Positions 36,458 through 44,296 of a stretch of 64,000 bases of DNA are shown here, piece by piece. The position numbers were made by a program, and so were the translations under genes. Each line of letters opens with the position of its first letter. Within the stretch, counting starts at the first letter, position 1. This stretch comes from Akkermansia sp. (lineage in GTDB: Bacteria > Verrucomicrobiota > Verrucomicrobiia > Verrucomicrobiales > Akkermansiaceae), in assembly GCA_045644745.1 (NCBI GenBank), contig JAZRHL010000020.1:2998-66997 (forward strand), read 5' to 3'. A model generated the notes under the pieces. It had not been told where the DNA came from. It worked only from the letters and a program-made list of their open reading frames with translations, and made no database searches.

Positions 36458-37657
36458 ATGAAATCTTATTTTTATAAGGCAGTGCTGCTCGCTGGAGTGT
36501 TTGCGGGCAGCGCTGCTGCTTTTTCTCTGTACGATACTGCGCCGTCTGTGGGATTGCCTCAGTCTCATGCGATAAAATATAATTCGTATGTGCGGCTCGG
36601 TTACGACAGTAATATGAACGCCTCGTTTTATAATGAAACCGCCAGCTGCTATGTTAATGCCGGCGTGGGGGCTTCGTATGCTGATTTTGAATCTGTGAGT
36701 AAATTATCATACAGATTCAACCTTGGCGCAACCAAGTATTTCAAGGAGGCTGATACCTATGGCAAATCTACGTATGCAGACTGTGGTTTGTCGGCCAGTT
36801 TTGTGCATTCGTTTAATGCTCGCAGTACGTACATGGCAAGCCTGTCTCTGACGTATTGTCCTGAGCCGGACTATGCTAATGGTATTTCTGCATCTCGCCG
36901 CCAGGGTGACTGTCTGTACTGGGCTCTCAGCAACAGTTATAATCAGTCTATTGATGCTCGCTGGAGCTGGAATGTCAACGCCAGCTATAGCGGTAACCTG
37001 TATAGTGAGACGGCGTATCAGACTGACGACAGACAGTATCTCAATGCCAGTGCTGGGTTGAGATACCGTGATTCGGCGCTTCTTAGTTACAATACAAGCT
37101 TCTCGTATCGCTACGATATGCGTTTCAAAGGGTATAATTCCAAGAATTATACTATATCGATTGGCTTTTCTCGCTCGCTTGATCCCACGTCAAGCTGTAG
37201 CGGCAGTATCGGTTTGCAGACAAAATATGTGCATAAGGATACAATACTTTCGCCTAACCTTCATTTCGGCTATAACCGGAAGGTGGCGGAGGGGCTTAGT
37301 GTGAACTCATATGTGTCTCTTGCAAATGAAAATGTGGACACCTACCGCGTAAACGGTGACTATTTGTCGGATATGACCTGGCGTGTGGGTGTCAATTGCT
37401 CATATGCTCTTTCGCCTGATGTGTCGTACAATTTTGGGCTTTCTCTGGTTCGGAGCCAATATGCAAAGGGAACCAGAAGTATGGCAGATGAGACCAATAC
37501 TTCACTCAACCCATCTGTTGGGATGAGTTATCGTTTCTCTGACGATTTGCTTGGTTCCATCAACTACACATACACATGGTACTGTTCTGAACGTTCCGGA
37601 AGAAACGACAGCTATAACCGTCATAACATATCCACAGGTTTGACCTATACTTTCTAA
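36458..37657 (+). CDS. Outer-membrane beta-barrel protein (polysaccharide-export-associated porin candidate)
   Basis: Signal peptide. Alternating Tyr/Ser/Asn-rich amphipathic strands throughout. C-terminal ...GLTYTF with a terminal Phe typical of OMPs. AT-richer than its surroundings. Confidence 0.7.
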   Translation: MKSYFYKAVLLAGVFAGSAAAFSLYDTAPSVGLPQSHAIKYNSYVRLGYDSNMNASFYNETASCYVNAGVGASYADFESVSKLSYRFNLGATKYFKEADTYGKSTYADCGLSASFVHSFNARSTYMASLSLTYCPEPDYANGISASRRQGDCLYWALSNSYNQSIDARWSWNVNASYSGNLYSETAYQTDDRQYLNASAGLRYRDSALLSYNTSFSYRYDMRFKGYNSKNYTISIGFSRSLDPTSSCSGSIGLQTKYVHKDTILSPNLHFGYNRKVAEGLSVNSYVSLANENVDTYRVNGDYLSDMTWRVGVNCSYALSPDVSYNFGLSLVRSQYAKGTRSMADETNTSLNPSVGMSYRFSDDLLGSINYTYTWYCSERSGRNDSYNRHNISTGLTYTF

Positions 37658-37727
37658 TAATATAAAATAAGAACCGAGAGGGGTCAGTGGAGACACTTTC
37701 CCCTTTTGTTTTAATACACGAGAGAAT

Positions 37728-39932
37728 ATGGAGAAGAATTTCACAAGTCCGAATCAGGCGGAAGCCTTGCTGCATGCGCAGGATTACATGCAGGTACTCA
37801 AGAGTAGATGGAAGCTTATCTTTCTGGTGTTTTTGCTGGTGTTTGTGAGTAGCGCTATCGTTACTAAGATGATGACGCCGAAATATGATAGCGGCATGTC
37901 ATTCGAGATTAAGCAGCCCCGAGATTTGATTAATGTGGCTGTTGGTGGTGAGGGAAACCCTATTGCCGCCATGGCTGATAGCGCAGCCTACATGCAGACT
38001 CAGTTTGAAATTCTGGTGTCGCAGCAGAACTTGATTGCAGTGGCCAACAAGTTGGATCTGCCGAATGAGTGGCAAACAGATGAAACAACGGCTGCTGCCC
38101 GATTGATGCAGATGGTAAAGGTGATGCCCCGTAAGAATACCAATCTGGTTGATATTTCTGTGACGAGTGATGATCCCCGGGTTTCTCAACAGGTGTGCCA
38201 GGCAGTAGTGGACTGTTATAAGGAGCTGCGCGAGGAGAAGGAAAACGCGATTATCAACGAGGCAATCAACAAGCGTTATGAAGTTCTGCGCTCCCGCCAG
38301 GATGAGCTGGAACGCAAGGCTGATGTTGTGCGACAGTATATTCGCTCCGGTAAGTATATTCAGGGAATGTGGAATAACGGGGGACAAGGGGTGCCGATGT
38401 CTACCGGTGCTGAGGAGCAGACTCTTCAGCAGCTTAATAATTCCAAGCTTGCTTTGGAGACTGAGATTGCGCAGATGACTGTTCATATTGGCAAACTTCA
38501 GGATTTGAAGGATGCTGAATTGCTTAGTTATGTGACGCGCACAGGTTTGCTTACTGCAGAGTCATATTGTTCTGCCAAGGTTCGAGAGCTTAATAACCGT
38601 TTTACGGAGGAGGAAAACAGCCGTGTGCAAATGCTGCTCAGCGGGTATGGCCCCCGGCATCCCAATGTGCTGCGCCTCGACGAGCAACATAAGTCCACTC
38701 GTGAGCAATTGTATGAAGAACTGGTCGGTATGCGTGATGCCATGGTGGACCAGCTCGATGTAAAGAAATCAGAACTGCAGGATGTTGAGCAGCGTTATGT
38801 ACAGGCTCGTGACCGTCTGCGCGATAAGACTCTGGAAGACCAGAAGGTCAAGAATGCGTTGCAGGAGTACACCGCTGAAAAAGCCCGTTATGATAAGCTG
38901 GAAAATGACTACATAGCGGACAAGATGCGACTGATGGCTCCTCGCACGAGTCTGGAGGTGTACAGCCGTCCGGGCCTGCCTGGTGCCCCCAGCAGCCCGA
39001 ATTACCGCCTTAACCTTATTGTGGGTGCAGTGCTTGGCCTTTTTGTCGGTATTGTAGTGGCGTTCATGAGTAATTATTTTGATACGTCCATTAAGACGCT
39101 TGAGGATGCTGAACGCAGCCTGGGTCTGCCTGTTCTGGGTGTCATTCCGCAGGATGCCGGACTTCTGATATTGCAGGGTGGTAATAGTCCGGATGCGGAG
39201 GCATACCGGATCCTGCGCACGAATATCGAGTTGAAGCGAGACCTTTATAAGGCTACTACCTTTACAGTGGTTTCTGCAAATGCTGGTGAAGGTAAGACTA
39301 CAACACTGAGTAACCTTGCTTATGTGTGTGCCCAGGCTGGGTACAGCACGTTGATGGTGGATGCGGACTTGCGTCGCCCCCGACTGGCTCGCTATGCTGA
39401 AATGAAGAGTGATGTGGGTCTTTCCACTTATCTTTCTGGTGCAGCAGAACTGAAGGAAGTGGTGTTCCAGACAGGACATGAAAATCTGTATATGATGCCC
39501 AGTGGCCCGGTTCCGGTTGACCCGAGCGGCCTGATTGGCTCTCATCGCATGCAGACGTTGCTGTCTGAGGTGTCGCGCCGGTTTGATATTGTCCTGATTG
39601 ACTCGCCGCCCGTGCTGGGCGTGAGCGATGCTTCTCTGCTTGTCAGTAAGGCTGATGCAACACTGATGGTGCTGCAGCCTCGGAAGATGCCGATTAAGGC
39701 TCTGCTGAGAGCCAAGATGCTGGTTCAGAATGCCGGCGGACAACTGATGGGTATCGTGATGAATAACGTGGATATCAGTGGAGATACGCAGTATCAGTAT
39801 TACACGACTTACTATTCATATTACACTAAGGGTGATAATCGCAAGGAGCCGGTAGCTGTCGAGAAGAATGAGAAGAAGCCGGCTGATGCGGTTGCGAAGG
39901 AATCAAAGTCCATTGAGGAAGACCTGTACTAA
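37728..39932 (+). CDS. Polysaccharide co-polymerase / tyrosine autokinase (Wzc/GumC-type PCP-2a)
   Basis: N-terminal Wzz-like TM plus a long periplasmic coiled-coil, a second TM, a cytoplasmic P-loop VVSANAGEGKTTT, and a C-terminal Tyr cluster YQYYTTYYSYYT. Confidence 0.9.
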   Translation: MEKNFTSPNQAEALLHAQDYMQVLKSRWKLIFLVFLLVFVSSAIVTKMMTPKYDSGMSFEIKQPRDLINVAVGGEGNPIAAMADSAAYMQTQFEILVSQQNLIAVANKLDLPNEWQTDETTAAARLMQMVKVMPRKNTNLVDISVTSDDPRVSQQVCQAVVDCYKELREEKENAIINEAINKRYEVLRSRQDELERKADVVRQYIRSGKYIQGMWNNGGQGVPMSTGAEEQTLQQLNNSKLALETEIAQMTVHIGKLQDLKDAELLSYVTRTGLLTAESYCSAKVRELNNRFTEEENSRVQMLLSGYGPRHPNVLRLDEQHKSTREQLYEELVGMRDAMVDQLDVKKSELQDVEQRYVQARDRLRDKTLEDQKVKNALQEYTAEKARYDKLENDYIADKMRLMAPRTSLEVYSRPGLPGAPSSPNYRLNLIVGAVLGLFVGIVVAFMSNYFDTSIKTLEDAERSLGLPVLGVIPQDAGLLILQGGNSPDAEAYRILRTNIELKRDLYKATTFTVVSANAGEGKTTTLSNLAYVCAQAGYSTLMVDADLRRPRLARYAEMKSDVGLSTYLSGAAELKEVVFQTGHENLYMMPSGPVPVDPSGLIGSHRMQTLLSEVSRRFDIVLIDSPPVLGVSDASLLVSKADATLMVLQPRKMPIKALLRAKMLVQNAGGQLMGIVMNNVDISGDTQYQYYTTYYSYYTKGDNRKEPVAVEKNEKKPADAVAKESKSIEEDLY

Positions 39933-39940
39933 GAGATATT

Positions 39941-40558
39941 ATGAAGAATAAAATGATACGGATGATACTGGCATTGTTGCTTGGGGTGTTTGCGATGCCC
40001 CTGCTGGCCCAGGATGCATCAACTGAGCCCCGTGCTGCACGTGGCGGCGTCATTCACGTTCAGTTTAAGAATATTCCCAGCGAGGATGTGAATAATGTGA
40101 GTGGCGACTACACTGTCAGCCGTCAGGATGGTACGATATCGATGCCATACCTTGAAGGGCGAGTGCGCGTTGTGGGAATGACAGCCCGACAGGTCGAAAA
40201 TACTTTGCGGTCACTTTATGTGGCTCAGCAGATTTATTCTGACCCCATCGTCATGGCAAATGTCGGTCCCAGAAATGAGACTCCGATTGATACCCGTTAT
40301 GTGCAGGTGACCGGATATGTGGCGGGTAAGAAAAATCTGCCGTATCGCGAGGGTATGACTTTAATTCAGGCTCTCATTGAGTGTGGTGATATTACGGACT
40401 TTGGCTCGCGTAAGATTCAGGTAACGCGAGGTAAGGTAACGCGTGTGTATGATTACTTCAGTGCACGCGACCGCGCCATCAAGCTGATGCCGAATGACTC
40501 GATATATGTGCCACGCCGACCTCCGTTTGAGGGTCGCCCGGATAAGATTGGTCCGTAA
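39941..40558 (+). CDS. Short outer-membrane polysaccharide export (OPX, Poly_export + SLBB) protein lacking a Wza-type C-terminal region
   Basis: Signal peptide. Poly_export-like (ISMPYLGRVRVVGMT...) and SLBB-like (VQVTGYVAGKKNLPYREGMTLIQAL) segments. Only 205 aa. Confidence 0.8.
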   Translation: MKNKMIRMILALLLGVFAMPLLAQDASTEPRAARGGVIHVQFKNIPSEDVNNVSGDYTVSRQDGTISMPYLEGRVRVVGMTARQVENTLRSLYVAQQIYSDPIVMANVGPRNETPIDTRYVQVTGYVAGKKNLPYREGMTLIQALIECGDITDFGSRKIQVTRGKVTRVYDYFSARDRAIKLMPNDSIYVPRRPPFEGRPDKIGP

Positions 40559-40580
40559 CGGCGATAAAAAGCAACTTTAC

Positions 40581-40612
40581 AGGCTCCGGTGTTAATGCCG
40601 GAGCTTGTTTTT
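40581..40612 (+). terminator. Intrinsic terminator after the OPX gene
   Basis: (AG)GCTCCGG-tgttaatg-CCGGAGC(TT) stem, followed by GTTTTT. Confidence 0.7.
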
Positions 40613-40635
40613 CTGAAAGATAAGTCATTGAGGGG

Positions 40636-41739
40636 ATGGAATTGGGTAAGGCAAAACACCTGCTTGTTCTGAGCATCGGCTATGGTCAGGGGCATCATTC
40701 CGCCGGTTCTGCTATCGCTGAGCATTATTCATCGGCCGGGTGGGAAACCCGGATGGTGGACGTTTGCGCTGAAGCCTGCCCTTTTCTGTTTCGCCTGACC
40801 CAGGAGTTTTATCGGTTTTGTGTGCGGCGTGCTCCGTGGCTTTGGGGTGTGACTTATTCGCTTACCGATACCGCTGATTGGGCAGATCTTGTCAGAAATC
40901 CTTTGTTTGCACCGGTGGTGCGGCGTTTGTCTGAAGTATTGCGGGAATGCCAGCCCGACCTCATTATCTGCACTTATCCGCTATTTGCATACATACTCGA
41001 CGTGCTCAGCCCAACTGTGCCTTATGTTGTGCTGGTAACGGATGCTCAGGAAATCAGCCGGCCGTGGATGCTCAGTAAGGCTGGATTGGTAACAGTACCG
41101 GATGAAGAATCTTTCCGCATGGTCAGCGAACGGTACGGTCTGGAGAGTGATGCTGTGGTTGCGGCTGGTTTCCCTGTGTTGCGGGCGTTTAGCCCATCTG
41201 TGGAGCGCAGGGCTCCGGATGAGATGAGCCTGCGGGTTTTGTATGGCGCATATAGGCGTCCTGGTGGAGTGCTGGCTGATGTGGAGGCTTTGTTGCATGA
41301 GTTTCCGCAAATGAAACTGACAGTGCTGGCCGGGCAGCATGAGCGCCGTTTGTTGAAGGCGTTTGCTCCGTATTGCCGCAGTGGTCGCCTTACGGTGTTG
41401 AGGGAGACTTCGGATATGCCCTCATTGCTTCCGGAAAATCATTTATATATAGGGAAAGCAGGCGCAGCTACCATGTTTGAGTGTTATGCTGCAAATGTGC
41501 CCGCAATTGTGAATTTTACACTTCCTGGTCAGGAACAGGGAAATCTGCAGCTGTTGCTGCAGGACGGTGCCGGGTGTCATGCGGAATCTACTGCACATCT
41601 GGTGCAGGTGCTCAGGAAACTGCTGGCAGATAATGCAACAGGATGGCATGCACTGTGCGTTGCCATGCGGCGTGCAGGTCGAACCCGGGCGGCAGAGAAA
41701 ATTGCGGATGTAATAGAAGGGAGATTTGGTTTGCGATGA
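40636..41739 (+). CDS. Glycosyltransferase, MGDG-synthase / GT28-like (GT-B fold)
   Basis: N-terminal LVLSIGYGQGHHSAGSAIAEHY resembles the MGDG_synth motif. The C-terminal half is GT-B like (IGKAGAATMFEC). Confidence 0.65.
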   Translation: MELGKAKHLLVLSIGYGQGHHSAGSAIAEHYSSAGWETRMVDVCAEACPFLFRLTQEFYRFCVRRAPWLWGVTYSLTDTADWADLVRNPLFAPVVRRLSEVLRECQPDLIICTYPLFAYILDVLSPTVPYVVLVTDAQEISRPWMLSKAGLVTVPDEESFRMVSERYGLESDAVVAAGFPVLRAFSPSVERRAPDEMSLRVLYGAYRRPGGVLADVEALLHEFPQMKLTVLAGQHERRLLKAFAPYCRSGRLTVLRETSDMPSLLPENHLYIGKAGAATMFECYAANVPAIVNFTLPGQEQGNLQLLLQDGAGCHAESTAHLVQVLRKLLADNATGWHALCVAMRRAGRTRAAEKIADVIEGRFGLR

Positions 41740-42485
41740 TTTCTGAGTCTTGTCTGCTGGTAGATAATTCCAACACCCGGACTAAGTTTATGCTGTACCG
41801 CGTGGGTGCTGAGGCAGAGCTTCGGGTGTTGCCTACCGCTGAAATATGCGCGGAATCGTTATGTGCGATATTATCAGGCTGGACCTTCCGTAGAGTGGTT
41901 CTTTGCTCTGTGGTTCCATGGGCGGCAGAGGAAATTTCTTCTGCTTTGAAGGATTCGGAGCTGGTTCTTGTGAGCTCAGGAAACGTGACGGGGGTGGACT
42001 TTTCTGGCTATCCGGGGCGCGCTACCCTGGGTGCTGACCGGGTTGCCAATGCGTTGGCTGCAGTGCGCTATGCGCCGTTACCGCTTGTTGCGGTCGATAT
42101 GGGTACGGCCACTACATTTGATGTTGTAGTGCAGGGGGAAGACGGTCCGAAGTTTGCCGGTGGAATTATAGCGCCTGGTTTGTCGGCTGTTGCCGGTTGC
42201 CTGCCTCGCTGTACCGCCCAGCTGCCTTCTGTGAATCTGAATATCCATGGACCGGTTATTGGGAGGAATACTGAGGAGGCCATGGCATCAGCTGTTTGTG
42301 TGGGGTATCCGGGGATGATGGATTCTCTTCTGGATGCGATTGAATCGGAGTTGGGTGAGCGTGTGCATGTAGTCATTACAGGCGGAGATGCTGAACAGCT
42401 CGTTCCCGCTATGCGGCATAAGTGCATACACGTACCTTCTCTTACTCTGGAAGGTATTGCATCTGTTGCTCATATTTCCCTTTAA
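41736..42485 (+). CDS. coaX: Type III pantothenate kinase
   Basis: LLVDNSNTRTKF, AVDMGTATTFDVV, GGIIAPG motifs. ATGA overlap with the upstream GT. Confidence 0.9.
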   Translation: MISESCLLVDNSNTRTKFMLYRVGAEAELRVLPTAEICAESLCAILSGWTFRRVVLCSVVPWAAEEISSALKDSELVLVSSGNVTGVDFSGYPGRATLGADRVANALAAVRYAPLPLVAVDMGTATTFDVVVQGEDGPKFAGGIIAPGLSAVAGCLPRCTAQLPSVNLNIHGPVIGRNTEEAMASAVCVGYPGMMDSLLDAIESELGERVHVVITGGDAEQLVPAMRHKCIHVPSLTLEGIASVAHISL

Positions 42486-42576
42486 GAAGTTTTTTTGAGT
42501 GTGCTTCAGTTTTTTTTGTTGCAAGGAGCGAATGAACGCGCTAGAATATGGGCACCTATAAAACTTGTCAAATCTT

Positions 42577-42816
42577 ATGTCCGACAATATCGAATCCCAG
42601 GTAAAAGAAATCATCGCTGCTCAGCTCAGCGTTGACCCCGAAAAAGTGACCTCCGATGCTAAGTTCATCGAAGATCTTGGTGCTGACTCCCTTGACACCG
42701 TCGAGCTCGTGATGGCTTTCGAGGATAAGTTCTCTGTGGAAGTTCCTGACGAAGACGCTGAAAAGCTCAAGTCTGTGGCTGACGTGGTGGCTTACATTGA
42801 GTCCCACAAGGCTTAA
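42577..42816 (+). CDS. acpP: Acyl carrier protein
   Basis: [17 protein letters not shown]...[16 protein letters not shown], with the canonical phosphopantetheine Ser motif DSLD. Confidence 0.95.
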   Translation: MSDNIESQVKEIIAAQLSVDPEKVTSDAKFIEDLGADSLDTVELVMAFEDKFSVEVPDEDAEKLKSVADVVAYIESHKA

Positions 42817-42846
42817 TCCGGCCCGGTTACTTTTTTTAATGATAAC

Positions 42847-42888
42847 GGGCGGTTCCTCCTGTGTTGGTGGAGCCGCCCTTTGCTTTTT
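42847..42888 (+). terminator. Probable intrinsic terminator after acpP
   Basis: GGGCGGTTCCTCC...GGTGGAGCCGCCC imperfect stem, followed by TTTGCTTTTT. Confidence 0.55.
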
Positions 42889-42903
42889 CCTTAGAGTTAA
42901 AGA

Positions 42904-43428
42904 ATGAACCGGAGTTCTATCGATTACGCTATGAGGGAGACGCAGGTGCATTACGTGCCTGATCGTCGCATAGATACATTTGGTGATACCCGGTTCAACT
43001 TTCGCTTGATTACCGAGCCTATGGATGAGGCTGGTGTCTGCCGCATTCGTAGCGGTTGGGTAGAGGCAAATCGTCCTCGTATCCTGCGGCCAGTAGATTT
43101 AAGGGGCATCGAAACTGAGGGCTTCGGTAAGGATGCCGCCCGCTTTTTTGATTGGATGCAGGAGCACGGAGCGAGCCTGCAAGCTTTGCTTAAATACGGA
43201 TTCCGGTTTGGACGAAGTGAGGTAAATGAGGAGTTGGTACACGATTCTCTGGCTGAAGTAACGGATCGTGTCGTGGCAGAGGCGCTCAGTTCCGGAGATG
43301 CATTTCGGGCAGTTATTGTAGGTGTGGATGATGCCTGGGAGGTGTCATTATTGTACTTCATGGTTCAAATGATTCAGAAATCTCATGAAATCAACATATT
43401 CGATTTTCGCCGTCGTGGCCTTCTTTAG
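42904..43428 (+). CDS. Hypothetical cytoplasmic protein (no family recognised)
   Basis: 174-aa ORF with balanced composition. Its 3' end overlaps the next gene by 44 nt. Confidence 0.55.
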   Translation: MNRSSIDYAMRETQVHYVPDRRIDTFGDTRFNFRLITEPMDEAGVCRIRSGWVEANRPRILRPVDLRGIETEGFGKDAARFFDWMQEHGASLQALLKYGFRFGRSEVNEELVHDSLAEVTDRVVAEALSSGDAFRAVIVGVDDAWEVSLLYFMVQMIQKSHEINIFDFRRRGLL

Positions 43429-44152
43429 CCTGCTTGCTCAGGTCGGAGCAGCAGATAATTTTTCGTTATGGCCACGGAGACCGGATGAGCTTGAGATGGC
43501 TCGACGCCTGATGCAGGAGCAGAAAGGAGGCGAGGCAGTCTTGTTGCTTCAGCCTTTTGTGGGTGATGAGGGAATTGCCGGGCGTGAGGCCCGGCAGATA
43601 TGCGGACGGGTTAATGTGCCCCGCTATTTGTCGAGATTGCACCCTGGGGCAGTAGTGTACACTGTGCGTTCGGGTGATAATATGGCTCGTATCGCAGCGC
43701 AGCAAAAATGCCCTCAGGATGTCATTATGTTGCTTAATGGTATCGTGGATCCTTCCAGTCTGCGAGTGGGGCAGAAACTTGTACTTGTCCCTATGCGCTT
43801 GAGGGCTGAAATCCGGCCAATGCAGCGAGAGATATCTGTGTGGGATGATCAGCAGCTCGTGGCAGATTATCCGATTCTCAGCATGGATGACATCCCGGCA
43901 GAGCAGCGTAAAGGCGAAGTCACCAGTATAGCTTCGCGTGAAGGATATATCGATGGGCTTGCCGTCCAGGCCCGGTCTCCTCAGTTTTCAGCGTCAGAGC
44001 GTGTGCTGGTGCTGGCCAATGGTGTTACTATAGCTGGGGGACAGAACGGGCAGGGAAGGATAGTGCTGCGTATGGATCAGAAGGATGTCAATGAATTGGC
44101 GTTGATGCTTGGCCTTGGAAATGAGGTGAAGTTCATTTACCCCGGGCGTTGA
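43385..44152 (+). CDS. Secreted LysM-domain protein with a degenerate YkuD-like C-terminal domain
   Basis: Signal peptide MKSTYSIFAVVAFFSLLAQVGA. LysM: YTVRSGDNMARIAAQQKCPQDVIMLLNGI...LRVGQKLVLVP. The C-terminal GRIVLRMDQKDVNELALMLGLGNEVKFI aligns with the GCIRM...D...L...G..V motif, but no Cys is present. Confidence 0.7.
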   Translation: MKSTYSIFAVVAFFSLLAQVGAADNFSLWPRRPDELEMARRLMQEQKGGEAVLLLQPFVGDEGIAGREARQICGRVNVPRYLSRLHPGAVVYTVRSGDNMARIAAQQKCPQDVIMLLNGIVDPSSLRVGQKLVLVPMRLRAEIRPMQREISVWDDQQLVADYPILSMDDIPAEQRKGEVTSIASREGYIDGLAVQARSPQFSASERVLVLANGVTIAGGQNGQGRIVLRMDQKDVNELALMLGLGNEVKFIYPGR

Positions 44153-44296
44153 CATGATTTTTGCATGTTCTGACATGTATGGGCTTGTGGTGTCGAAAAA
44201 TATGCTTTCCAAGTGAAGCTTGCTTTGGTATAATCCGGCCCGAGTGCAGATGTGAATAGAGAAAATCTGCCATAATCACATAACATATACAAAATC

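Noticed and set aside
35500-41739. tRNA-targeted genomic island or prophage next to the two tRNA-Gly genes.
   Set aside because: There is no integrase, no direct repeat of the tRNA 3' end and no phage genes. Only a lower GC content and polysaccharide-export genes are present, so it is reported as a possible acquired cluster, not as a mobile element.
44153-44296. Leader-peptide attenuator or T-box upstream of ilvB.
   Set aside because: No mini-ORF rich in Ile/Val/Leu codons and no terminator/antiterminator pair is visible. Only a TGgTATAAT promoter and a ~60-nt leader are present.
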